Positions 12,280-23,686 of a stretch of DNA of 64,000 nt are shown here, piece by piece; positions within the stretch are counted from its first letter, which is position 1, and each line of letters starts with the position of its first letter. The DNA is from Neophaeotheca triangularis (taxonomy: Eukaryota). The stretch covers positions 1 to 64,000 of the forward strand of contig BAAIJX010000078.1 of assembly GCA_054600435.1 (NCBI GenBank). Reading direction: 5' to 3'. A program made the position numbers and the translations under genes. A model generated the notes under the pieces. That model saw only the letters and a list, made by a program, of their open reading frames with translations, was not told the origin of the DNA and searched no databases.

Positions 12280-12836
12280 CGCTGGTGTTCGGGTGCTCCA
12301 GAAAAGGTTCTGGTTGAAGTTGAACGAGGAAGCAAAGTTGTAGATTTCTTCGCAAAGCAAGGGACTATCGAAACGAAGTGAGGTTTAAAGCTGTAGGCGC
12401 ACGGGCCAGCCATGCGCTACAGTATAATTACATAGTATATATATACGTGAGAAGGGACGGGAGAAGGGAGAATGCTATTCACTGCCGATTAGGTACATCT
12501 TTAGAACGATCGATTCGCTCAGATTAGATCTGTTCTCACAATATCCCTCTTGAACGGCTGACAAGCGGCAGATTAACGCCTGCTCCATGGCCGCCAGCTC
12601 CTTCTCACGCAACATGCATCCTGCAAAGAAAGTGCCCTTCAACACGAATAGCCCTGTACCTTCTCATAGAGGAATTGAGGTTACAAACGATCCATTCCGA
12701 CCCCAGGGCAGACATTCTCTCAATATTCAGCGCAAAAGTAGGCACAGAAAAAACATCTCTTACATCCACTTTTATAATACGCCCGTTCATGATTCATCGC
12801 ATTGCTTAACCAACACGCCCTCTCGCTCGTCGAACA

Positions 12837-14000
12837 ATGTCGAATCTTCTTCGCCGCGCCATCGTCAACAGGACAAACGCAGCCAACGCAGCCGCAACAC
12901 CGAATACCCAAGAACCCCAATCATTCCTACAGCCCCAACAGCCCCAGCAAACCTTACAGCCCTTACAACCCTCCACCCCACCCAGTCTAGACAAAGGCAA
13001 AAAGCGCGCCCACGACCAAACCATAGAAGAACCCTGCCTATGCCCCGAATGCCACGCAGAGCAACCCCCACCCTACGAAGCCCTCCCACGCTCCGGCACC
13101 TCTCCAATCCAATACTACCGTTCCACCGCCGACTACAGCCCGACCCACGACCAACAGAACCTAGCCCGCGACTCGCTAGCCCCGTCATTAACACTGGGAG
13201 AACTGCAAAAAAGCAACTTCGTCCACCGCCGCAAATACCTGAGCTTCGTGCAAGAGGCGTGTGAGACCGCGAGCCGCACCGCCATGGAAAGCACGATGCG
13301 CGACAATCTTCGCGGCCTGGAAGCTTTCGCCACGCACGTGGTCTTCTTCACGACGTGGGCGGGCAAAGTGGCGGAGCTGTTGCGGAAACGGTTCAAGCCC
13401 GACACTCGCGGCGAAGAGCTGTGGCGGGCGCTGGCGGAGGTGCAGGAATTGTACCGTGAGCAGCACGAGGTGCTTTGGCAGCGGGTGGAGGATGGTGAGA
13501 TGCTGACGCGCAGGCAGGCGGATGGCTTGTTCTTGTCGTTTTTCTGCTCGCAGATCCAGGACCATCCCGGGTTGAGGGGGGTGGTGGAGCAAGCGGGTGA
13601 GGAGGCGGACGAGCCGATGGTGGGGAGGTTGAGGTATTTTTCCGATACGATGCAGAGGATCGATCGGCCGGAGCGGATGTTGTGGACGCTGTGGAAGCGG
13701 ATCGGAGATGTGGATTTGACGCCCGGGAGCAGGGCGGGGAAACGCCTACCAGAGGCCAAGTGGGAGGTGGTGCTGGAGATGAAACGGAAGGTGGCGATTG
13801 CTAATGAGCTGTTGGATGTGAGCGAGCGGTGCGGGATCAGAGCTATTCGGGATTTGAGGACTTTGGCCGTCGAGCTGAGGGATTTGGACATGGCGCTGGA
13901 GGTCTATCAGGGAGATTTCTTTGAAATTGAGCAGGGGCTCGATTTGTACCCTGTTGCGTTTGATAGTCAGGGGCGGGCGATATTCTTACAAGAGTCGTAG
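12837..14000 (+). CDS. Hypothetical protein, 387 aa
   Basis: Long ATG-started single-exon ORF with coding-like codon pattern. Q/P-rich N-terminus and a helical-looking C-terminal two-thirds. No family recognised. Confidence 0.7.
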   Translation: MSNLLRRAIVNRTNAANAAATPNTQEPQSFLQPQQPQQTLQPLQPSTPPSLDKGKKRAHDQTIEEPCLCPECHAEQPPPYEALPRSGTSPIQYYRSTADYSPTHDQQNLARDSLAPSLTLGELQKSNFVHRRKYLSFVQEACETASRTAMESTMRDNLRGLEAFATHVVFFTTWAGKVAELLRKRFKPDTRGEELWRALAEVQELYREQHEVLWQRVEDGEMLTRRQADGLFLSFFCSQIQDHPGLRGVVEQAGEEADEPMVGRLRYFSDTMQRIDRPERMLWTLWKRIGDVDLTPGSRAGKRLPEAKWEVVLEMKRKVAIANELLDVSERCGIRAIRDLRTLAVELRDLDMALEVYQGDFFEIEQGLDLYPVAFDSQGRAIFLQES

Positions 14001-14205
14001 GCTTGATGAGGCTGTTCAGCAGACGTACTGTGGGGAATAAGATAGTAATTACGTACCTTCGCTTTACTGTACGGCGACTGCAGCGAGCGTCCTCCGGATA
14101 GTCCGCTCCACTGTACACAGCTACACCCCGAACGCAAATTTGTAAAGCTCGAATCAACGTGCACCCGGCTCTCCGCCCATCAAGTATCTTCCAATTACAA
14201 ACACT

Positions 14206-16175
14206 TCAATCACCAAACCCCTCAAACTCGCCCTCATCCTGCCTCGCCCTCATCTCCTGCCTAGTCATCGCAATCATCCTCTCCAACTCCTGCGCCTTCG
14301 TCTTCTCCTCCTCAGTCATCTTGCCCTCCCTCTCCGCCTTCCTCCTGACCTCCTTGCGCCCTCTGCGCTCCTCCCTCACAGCCTTGGCATCCTTCTGCGA
14401 CGACCAAGCCCTCTCCTTCCGTCGCCGCAACTCCGCCGCTTTACCACCCTTGGAACTCATAGCAGGGAACTCGCCCCGACTTCTTGCTTCCATGTCCGCA
14501 AGGCGTTTGCTCTCGCGCGCTTTGTCGGCATACGCGAGCTCCGAGAGCTTTACGGTCGGAGGGAGATGAAGCTCGAGAGAGCGATCTTTCACTGCTTCAG
14601 GGAAATGACGTTTCAGTTCCGGCATCTTCGGCCAGCGGAGCAGCCCCCACGATCTGCCCACCTCGGGCCAGTCAATGTGCTTGATGTTGAAGATGTCGGC
14701 GGGGAGGGTTTTGGTGTAGGCTTGGACCCAGCTGACAAAAGCTTTTTGCGCGCGGTCGTGGAGTTCGCGCTTCTGGAGCTCGGCTTGTCGGATTTGCTCT
14801 GTCGTGGTGGCGGCTTCTTCGTCTGTGGCGGAGACGTCGCTCGAGTATGCTTCGAGTTTTGTGCCTTGGAGTTCGAGGTACTTGACGTAGTCCTCTTCTG
14901 AACCTTGGTTGAGGAATGTGATGGCCATGCCTCGTCGCCCTGCTCGGCCTGTCCGGCCGCAGCGATGGATGAAATCTTTTGGCTGGCTGGGTACGTCCAG
15001 TTGAACTACGAGGTCGATTTCGGGGATATCAATGCCACGAGCGAGGACGTCTGTTGTCAGAAGGATTGCGGGTTTCGTAGTGTCAGTGAAGCGCTGCAAG
15101 TTCTTGGCTCGAATGTCTGCTTTATGATCGCCATGTAGCGGGAAGACAGCCGTTCCCAGCACAGACGGGAGGACATGATTCCAATAGTCTACACCTGCTC
15201 GAGTGGAAACATAGACGATACATCTCTCGGCTTTTGTCTCGGCGATGATCTTGCGTAGCATCGGAAGCTTGTGGGTCGGCTTTGCGATCACATAACACAG
15301 CTTTAGACTCTCCGGAGTACGCTTGTCGAGTGCGCCGCTCTTACTTCTCACCTTTGCACTGATTTTGAACGGATAGCGCATCCCCACGCGAACAAGCTCA
15401 TTCACCGCTTCGGAGACTGAGGCGCTGAAAAGGCCAGTCCGCCGTTCCTTTGGCACGGATTGCAGGATACTTTGAAGATCTCCGGCGAAATTGGGATCCA
15501 GCAGCCTGTCTGCTTCGTCAAGCACAAGGAGATCGAACCAGTGCCGCTTGATGACAACCTTAGGTGACTGGAGGACCTCAACCAGGCGTTTTGGGGTCGC
15601 GATCAATACGTTCGGGTTCAGCTGGGAAAACGTTTCGAAATCTTCTTTGAGCTTCGTACGTCCCCCTATTAGAGCTTGTGGGATGACATACGGTCCAGGG
15701 GGTGGCGGTGGAGGCTTCTCGTCGTCTCCCTCTTCCTGCGGAGGCGGTGGGTTCAGAACAGCCTCTGATGGTGCATGATGGCGTAGCAGCTCTCGCAGAA
15801 CGTTGTAAATCTGCAATGCGAGTTCCTTGGTAGGCGCCACGACGATGGATCTAACATGACCCTTTTTATTGGGTTCTTCGGCTCGCAGGAGGCGCTCCAC
15901 AATGGGAATGAGGAAGCTGAGAGTCTTGCCACTGCCCGTGACGGCCTGTTTGATCGATTAGTTGGATACTCTCAAACTGCTCTTTGCGATGAAGAGCGAC
16001 GCACCTCAACTACCAAGTCTTTATTGCCCATCAGCAGTGGTATCGCCATGGCCTGAACCGGCGTGGTCCGGGCGAAGCCCATGGCATGAGCATAGTCCAA
16101 AATCCATTGCGACAACTCTGGCGTCAGAGCCTCGAAGCTCTTAGGCTGCTTCTTGTTCTCTACCTCCTCAGCCAT
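14206..16175 (-). CDS. SPB4: ATP-dependent rRNA DEAD-box helicase Spb4; exons 16175-16005 and 15945-14206
   Basis: Q motif GF..TTPVQ, motif I AVTGSGKT, PTKELA, LDEADRLL, RRTGLFSAS, TDVLARGIDIP, HRCGRTGRAG, and a Spb4-type C-terminus (AFVSWVQAY, PKMPEL, AWS). Confidence 0.92.
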
Positions 16176-16554
16176 GGTTTGCGAACCTTGAAGGTAGCCT
16201 GCCGTGTTCCACTTCATTCGCGGTGAAGTCCAAAGTCGCAAATCTTCAAAAAGTGCCAAAGCCACATGTGGCTAGTGCGTATAAAGTGTGGCTTACACCT
16301 TACTAACACACAATCGCAAGCAGACGGGAGCCCGCTGGAGCTCAAGTTCCTTGCCCGCTATCGACCAGGATCGTCCGCCAACCTACCTAGTCAGCTAGTT
16401 AACCGTCCCCTAGGTAGAAGCATGGTACGCAACCGTCGCCCCATCCAAAGCGCAAACCGTGATCAACACCACTAGGCGTCCGCGTGCGGCGGCGGCCTCA
16501 CCACTGAAAAGGTGGGGAGGCAAACCAGCACGGTGTATAGGTTATTCCCACCTC

Positions 16555-16584
16555 AGCATCAGCATCAGCATCAGCATCAGCATC
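16555..16584. repeat. (AGCATC)5 microsatellite
   Basis: Seen directly. Confidence 0.9.
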
Positions 16585-17422
16585 TCGTATTCAAGCATCA
16601 AAGTTGGAAAGCCGCATCATTGTTCTTCCAAGCATGGCCTTCTCAAAACCCCAAGCATTGAGAACACGCATACCAATGATGACCCTAGCCAACAATCTGC
16701 ACGGGCAGCCAACTTGGCAGGCTCGCAACCGTGGTCGGTGTAGAGATCAAGCGAGCGCAGCAGTAGAGTTCTCGCTGTAGACGCGCCGAGAAAAGGTATA
16801 CGCAAAACGTATACGCAACACTCAAGACAAGCCCGCTTGGGAAAGCTGTAGAGACTGCTTGGTTCTCACTACCACCTGAGTAGCCCGCGAGGACGACCCA
16901 GTACCATGGTCGCGACACGACACGATACGAGACGACGACGACGGAACTTCTAATGAAACGATCCAACCCAAGTCCAGGGCTCTGGAGGTATAGACTATAG
17001 ACGACGAACCGAACCGTCAATTTGACAAGCTCAAACACTCGTGACAGCTGTGCTAACCAAAGGCCAAATGGCAAAAACGCCTGGAGACTAGAGTTGACAT
17101 CTGCCCCCCTAGACTTGAATCAGCTCTTGAAACCCCCCCTCACATTCTCCCTGCCTTGGCACCGCTCTTCCCTCACATCGTCCACACTAGTGTGTTTTTA
17201 CGAGTTATTACAACCACAACCACAAACCCAAACTCGCAAAACAACAACATGCCCTCACCTCACCTCACCTCACCTTTAATCCGTACCTAACCCCAGTTGT
17301 CCCTCACCAAGGTTGTACCTCATCCCGTTCAATGCCATCATCAATCCCGACCGAGCTTCCGCGCCCTCACACCATGGAGTCCGAAAGCGAAAAGGACCCG
17401 AAACCACGGCACCGCGAGCGAC

Positions 17423-17443
17423 CACACACACACACACACACAC
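17423..17443. repeat. (CA)n microsatellite
   Basis: Seen directly. Confidence 0.9.
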
Positions 17444-18265
17444 ACTACACCAAAGGACAGCAGCGATCACCAAATTTTTTTCATTTTCCTTTCCTTTTCG
17501 GCCGAAGTAAGCGAGAGGGCAAAACGGGTGCGGAGACCTTCGGGTTTGCGTTATCAAATGTCCCTACCTAACGTTAGATAGTAGAGACTGATAAGTGATA
17601 AAACGCGAGAAAAGTAAGATTAGAGGTGCAGGGGGTAAGCGAGGTATCAGTAGATAGGTAGCTGTGGAATTAGATGCCGTCAAGGTGAGACTATGTACTG
17701 GAAGTAACCCCCCCCGAACAAGTCGTTCGTACTGTACTGTGTACATACCGGTAGGTAGTTGTAATGAGGGGTTTGCTAGCTAGCTAGCTAGGTACTGTGC
17801 CTTAACTTTCGGTACGAGGCTAACGGCCATTGTTGTTACTTCTCCATAGTAGGCTTGTTCTTACAGTAGGTACTGTATGTAGTTAGCGAACTCAAGCGCT
17901 CAGAAAGCACAAAACACCCCCTTCTCAATTCCCCAATCACCGCTAAAGGTATCATTCATGAAGGAAAAGAGGAGATAGGTGAATTCTTCAATTTGGTATT
18001 TGGCATTAGATCTGATAGAATGTAGATTTGCGCGTCCCGCTCAAAGCGCTCAATGGACATTGGGAGTAATAGAGAAATCCTATATACAAGACAAATAAAG
18101 GGCGAGGGGGCTTGTAATGCCTGTCGCCCACTCTAATCCAAAACCCAACCAACGCTCGCTATGCTAGAAAACAGAGAAGGAAGTTCGTAACGGGTGGAGA
18201 GGGCTTCTGCGTAAGAATGTACAGAAGTGCAGCTAACCGCCTCTTTAACGCACATGCGCGCTATG

Positions 18266-19461
18266 TCAGTTTTTAGCGCGCTTGTTGTCCATTTCCACCT
18301 TGCTATACCAAGCCGCGCCGGCGATGGTGATGAGCATGCCGACACCATTGAGGAGGCCGACTTGCACGTTGAAGAGGACGATGCCCAGGGCGATGGTGAG
18401 AGCCTGCTTGACGTTGCCGCAGACGGAGACGGTGAGGGCGCCGACCATCTTGTTGGTCTGGAAAGAGACGATGTTGAGGCCGAAAGCGATAAAGGCGTTG
18501 AGCAGGATGGCCGCGCCGAAGGATTGGGAGAATTGGCCAGCGCTGTAGGCGGCGCGGAAAGCGGTGACTTCGCCCGTCACGAAGGCGTAGAAGATGCATT
18601 GAATGGCTGCTAGGGGAGACATGCGGAGGAGGATCTCCATTGCCGACAGTGCTAGGGAGCCGGTCATGAGGCGGTTGGTCGCGACGGTTTTGATCGAGGC
18701 GAGGATTACGCCGAGGAAGGTCAGTGTGAAGCCCATGAGGGTCGCGTAGTAGTCTCCGGCCGTTGCGAGGCCAACGCCGAAGATTAGGGGGATCATCGAC
18801 AGGTAGGTGAGGCTGGAGTAGGTTCGGCCGTAGACGACTCGGTAGATGACAATCGTAGCGACTGGGCAGGTTGAGCGCATGATCTGGTGAAAGGGCACCG
18901 AGACCATGGCCAAGCTGACGTTGGAGATGGCGATGTTCATGGTGAAGAGGAGGGAGAAGGCGAGGAGGACGAGGTTCTCCTTGGATCCGAGTCTTGTGAG
19001 CTTCATGTAGCCGGCGCCTAGCATCGCAAAGCACCCTAGGGATGTTGCTGATGCGTGGAGTGTCGTGAGGAGCCATGGAAAGCGCGCCTTTTGCTACGAG
19101 TCAGTCCCATTCGTGTGGCCTCGTAGATTCGATGTATGCTCACCTTTCCTAATACGGCCTTGTTTGATATGGTGAGTGTAAGGTTAAGGAGAAAGTACAT
19201 TGCCAGGAAGAGCATCTTGGCTTTCATCGAGACATAGTGTTCAACAGCAACAATGGGTTCCTCCTTCTTCTGTGCTTCTACATCCTGCTCTTCCTTTAAC
19301 AGTCCATCCGTTGCCGAGTTCTCCCTCGTTGAATCCATGCTGCTCTTCTCGTCGCTGTTGTACTTTTCGCCGTGTGAGTCGCCAGACGACTTTGGCGGGG
19401 TTTCTGTGGGGGCACCGGTAGACATGTTGATGGCGTGAATATCGTGGTCAACGTTCTTCAT
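18266..19461 (-). CDS. Nucleotide-sugar / triose-phosphate transporter family (DMT, TPT domain); exons 19461-19144 and about 19087-18266
   Basis: LTISNKAVL, FPWLLTTLH, NIAISNVSL..VSVPFHQIMRSTCP, KTVATNRL, F.LN..SF.TNK..GALT..VCGNVKQ; about ten hydrophobic segments. GTGAGC donor and CTGAC branch. Confidence 0.88.
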
Positions 19462-19794
19462 TACTAGGTGGAGGAGGAGGAGGAGGAAGAGGAGGAAGGG
19501 GATAAGTGACGGAAGAGGTAACGAGCGACGGTGGAGGTGGAGGCGGAGGGATGTGCAAGGCTGACACGATATGTAAGAGAGGAGTTTCTAAATCGGCGCG
19601 CAGAGCAGAACAGAGGAGATGAGATATGGGGCCAGCAGCGGGAGTTGTTACTAAAAGTTCAGGTGATGTAGTGTCAAACCTTAGCAGGCGGGTAGGGGAA
19701 CTGGAAGTCAGGAAGTTCGGGTTTGGCGTGGAGTGGAGGGAAGCATCCGCGGGACTGGGAGGATTCGTAGAGTGTTGTTTGGCGCCGTCGTCTT

Positions 19795-19831
19795 CCTTGC
19801 CTTGCCTTGCCTTGCCTTGCCTTGCCTTGCC
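19795..19831. repeat. (CCTTG)n microsatellite upstream of the transporter
   Basis: Seen directly. Confidence 0.9.
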
Positions 19832-21633
19832 TCGAGGGATAAAGGAGAGGAGAGACTACTAGTAGGTGTTACATGGTAGGAATAGGAATAGTGTGCTGTT
19901 CCTGCAGGCGTATACCGTAAACCACCTGGGCACCCCCGTGACGGCGTTGCGGCAATCGATTGAGAAGCCGTGAGCGTCTGCCAAGAGACCTGAGATTACG
20001 CCCAAGCCTTATGGCTCCTTGTCGCGAAGATGATGAGAAGTGCCAAGGGCAAGGTGGTCTGCAAGTGCTGGCGACCAATTGAGTTGCGAGTTGCACTGGC
20101 CCTGGCTGTTATGTACCGTTTTTGCGAGCGCCTTCCCCGAACGCCCGAGTTATGGATTACTTGGCCGGTAAACAACGGTCGGACTCGGGAGTCGCTCAGC
20201 GAGTCATGGTTGCTTGGTACAAGCTTCCCCTGTGTAATGATCATAATGTTATTAAGTACTTACCTACCTTAATTAGGTACATGGTGCATAGTCATACATT
20301 ACATACACATCGGGGACGGGTCCACGGGTATCCCTTGCTGAACATGACATGATGACTGCTACTGCCTCTGATATAAGACAAGCCCTCTACCTATATGCAG
20401 TCAGCTAGATACGAGCATGAAGGGTCAAGAGTAGTCAGACTCGAGGTAAGACAAATGGCTGAGGTGATGCTAATGCTAATCCGGTTTACTGTTATGTACC
20501 TTCCTCGAACCTTACTCTACCGTCCCGAAGGCCGGATAGTGGTCACGGTTAAGCGGCAACCGCTACTTCCACCCTACCCGGCGCCCGGCGCCACCATTTG
20601 AGCTCAGCCTTGCTCGTTTCACCTTGTTGCCGCTTCTCTCAGCCTCCTCCAGGTACGAAGGCACAGAATCGACGGCCCCAGGAATAGGATCGCCATTCCT
20701 GCAGGGCCACTCGCTTGAACAAGGTAATGTTCATCTCTGCGCAACGCTGGGCGAGGCGCAGGGTCGGGCTAGCTCGCTTTCCGCATGTACGAGGTAAACA
20801 ACAATACCTGGGCAACAGACGGACGTGTACGACTACGAGTCTACGACCCCATGGATGTCCTTGGTGCCGTGACGCTAGGCGAAGTCGCTCCAAGGAGGGC
20901 TATGTAGGAGGTACAGGTTCGGCCCTGCGACAGCCGATCACGCTATGGCTTGGCATTATGAGGTGTGAAGCTGCGTATGGATTATTGTTATTGTTGCTTT
21001 ACGATAATAGCTTTAATCTACCTACACAACTACCAATACGTCGACGAGAGTAGCTCCTAGCTGTTGTCAAGCTGCGACACAAGGGACCCCCTCTCTTCTG
21101 CCGGGTAATCCATCCCAGCAGTCCACCCAGTCCCAGTCCCAGTCGCGGTCCCAGACCCAAGAATCGCACCTAATCCATCATCATTCCGAATCCCATGATG
21201 GTGATGAGCAGCCACATGGGCCATGGCCAATCATTAGACTTTTGATCCAAAATTTCAGCACCGATGAAATCTAGCAGAATCCGCGGAGGCTCGGCGACAA
21301 TTGGCCAATAGTTCGGGGTGGGCTTGGCAGACTGCCGGTGAGCCAGCTTGCCAGGGCAGCGTCCGCCTTCGGTGCAGCTGGCTACGGGCGGGCTGCTGTG
21401 ATGCGGTGCCTCGTGAATAATTGTGTACCGTGTACTGTACCACCCGGGACTTGGCGCCGGGTACCTAGGCTGAGTAGTGAGCTTCTCAAGATAGCACTAA
21501 TCAGTTCTACTCGGACACTGGCGGACTCCCTAAGGCACTACTACTTTGTGCTAGTGGAGTGACAGCCCTGTAAGCTTCACTGGCCTGCCCGACTGGAACG
21601 AACTGTTACGCGGTAAGGCAAGGTATGTTTTCT

Positions 21634-21696
21634 CACCACTACCACCACCACTACCACCACCACCACTACTACCACCACCACCACTACCTCCACCAC
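21634..21696. repeat. Imperfect (CAC/TAC)n microsatellite upstream of UGD
   Basis: Seen directly. Confidence 0.9.
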
Positions 21697-21850
21697 CCAA
21701 CAATACACGCCCCCTCCAACGACACGATTCCTACTTCTCCCCCACGCATCCGCCCTCTTCTACACCCACCCATATTCCGGTCCAATCCTCGTCACCTCAT
21801 CACCGTTTCCTCGTAAGCCACCACCGTCTGGCTGAATCATCCCTTCTGTC

Positions 21851-23686
21851 ATGTCGCCCTCAATGCAATCGTCCGTGTTTGATCGCAAGGTGAAGAACAT
21901 ATGTTGTATTGGCGCGGGCTACGTGGTAAGCAGAACACCTTGATCCCTACCTTCTTTCTCCGCGTGCTTGAAGAGGATTGACCAATTTGTTCCTTCTCAG
22001 GGAGGTCCGACATGCGCCGTCATTGCCAACAAGAATCCTGATATCAATGTCACAGTCGTCGATCTCAGCCAACCGAGAATCGACGCCTGGAACAGCCCTC
22101 AACTACCCATCTACGAACCGGGCCTTACCGATGTCGTTGAGCTGCCGCGGGACGGTCTCGATGGCAGAACGCCTAACCTCCTCTTTTCTACCGATGTCGC
22201 CGGCGCCATAGACAATGCCGACCTCATCTTCATTTCCGTAAACACACCCACCAAGATTAATGGGCTCGGAGCTGGGAGCGCTTCGGACCTGGCCTACGTC
22301 GAGGCTGCCGCGCGCCAAATCGCAGAGACGGCCACATCCGACAAGATCATTGTCGAGAAGAGCACAGTGCCCTGCGGGACAGCGGACAGCATAAAGGAGA
22401 TTTTCTCGGCCGTCGCAAACCCAGACGTCTCGTTCGAGGTCCTCTCCAACCCGGAATTCCTGGCAGAGGGCACCGCCATCAGGGACTTGTTGACGCCAGA
22501 CCGCATTTTGATTGGCTCTGATACATCCGAGAGGGCGCTGCAGGCGGCCGCCGCTCTCACAGACGTGTACGCTGGATGGGTGCCACGCGAGAGGATAGTA
22601 CGGATAAACACGTGGTCCTCTGAGCTTGCGAAGCTAGCGGCCAACTGCATGCTCGCTCAGCGTATCAGCAGCATCAACTCGCTCAGTGCAGTCTGCGAGG
22701 CCACAGGCGCGGACATTGACGAGCTCGCATACGCCGTTGGTCTGGACAACAGAATAGGCCCGAAGATGATGAAGGCTTCTGCAGGCTTTGGTGGCTCGTG
22801 TTTCAAAAAGGATGTGCTGAGTTTGGTCTACATTGCGGAATCTCTCCATCTCCCGGAAGTCGCCAGCTACTGGAAGTCGGTAGTGGACATCAACGAGTAC
22901 CAAAAGGAGCGTTTCACCAAGCGCATTACAAAATGCCTCTACAACACCCTGGCGAACAAGAAGATCGCCGTGCTTGGTTTCGCATACAAAAAGGACACTG
23001 GTGACACCCGCGAATCCTCCGCTATCAGCGTGATAGGGCAAATGATTGCCGAAAATGCCCGCATCGCAATCTACGACCCCAAGGTTTCCGAGGAGCAAAT
23101 CCACCGCGACCTGTCCATGGACAACAAGCCGGAAGTTGTCAAGAAGTGCGTCACGGTCTGCAAGGACGCCTACAGCGCATGCGAAAACGCATGCGCAGTT
23201 GTCATCCTCACGGAATGGGATGAGTTCAAGACCGACACGCTGAACATCCCGCCAGCAATGCTGAACCAGCAACAGCTCAAAGAAGCCGAGGCCAAGGCCG
23301 GCGCGCAGCAAAAATCCATGCAACGTGTACACACGTCCAACTCGGAATCCGACAAGAGCGGCTCGGTGGGCAGTGGCGGCGAAAGCGAAAACGAAAACGA
23401 CGACAACGTCTTTAGCGACCGCAGCAATATGTCGACGCCCATGAGCCTGGACGAGCAGGAGCTGAAAAAGAGCATGGATGCCACCATGGCTGTCAACAGC
23501 AACGCCAAACAGCCCAACCGCCTCGACTGGACCAAAGTCGCTTCCATCATGCGCCGCCCCCGCCTCGTCTTCGACGGCCGCAACGTCATCGATTCCGCTA
23601 AACTCGAGGCCCTGCACTTCCACGTCCAGGGCATTGGCAAGACGGGCACGCGGAATGGGATGAGGCGGAGCTCGCTGATGCGATAA
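21851..23686 (+). CDS. UGD1: UDP-glucose 6-dehydrogenase; exons 21851-21925 and 22001-23686
   Basis: NAD-binding [13 protein letters not shown] across a GTAAGC...CAG intron, [32 protein letters not shown], catalytic [29 protein letters not shown]. Confidence 0.96.

Noticed and set aside
17751..17848. Intron-like GTAGGT...CTAAC...CATAG in intergenic DNA (possible non-coding or snoRNA host transcript)
   Set aside because: No flanking ORF and no clear C/D or H/ACA boxes; the local TAGGTA cluster generates donor-like sequence by itself.
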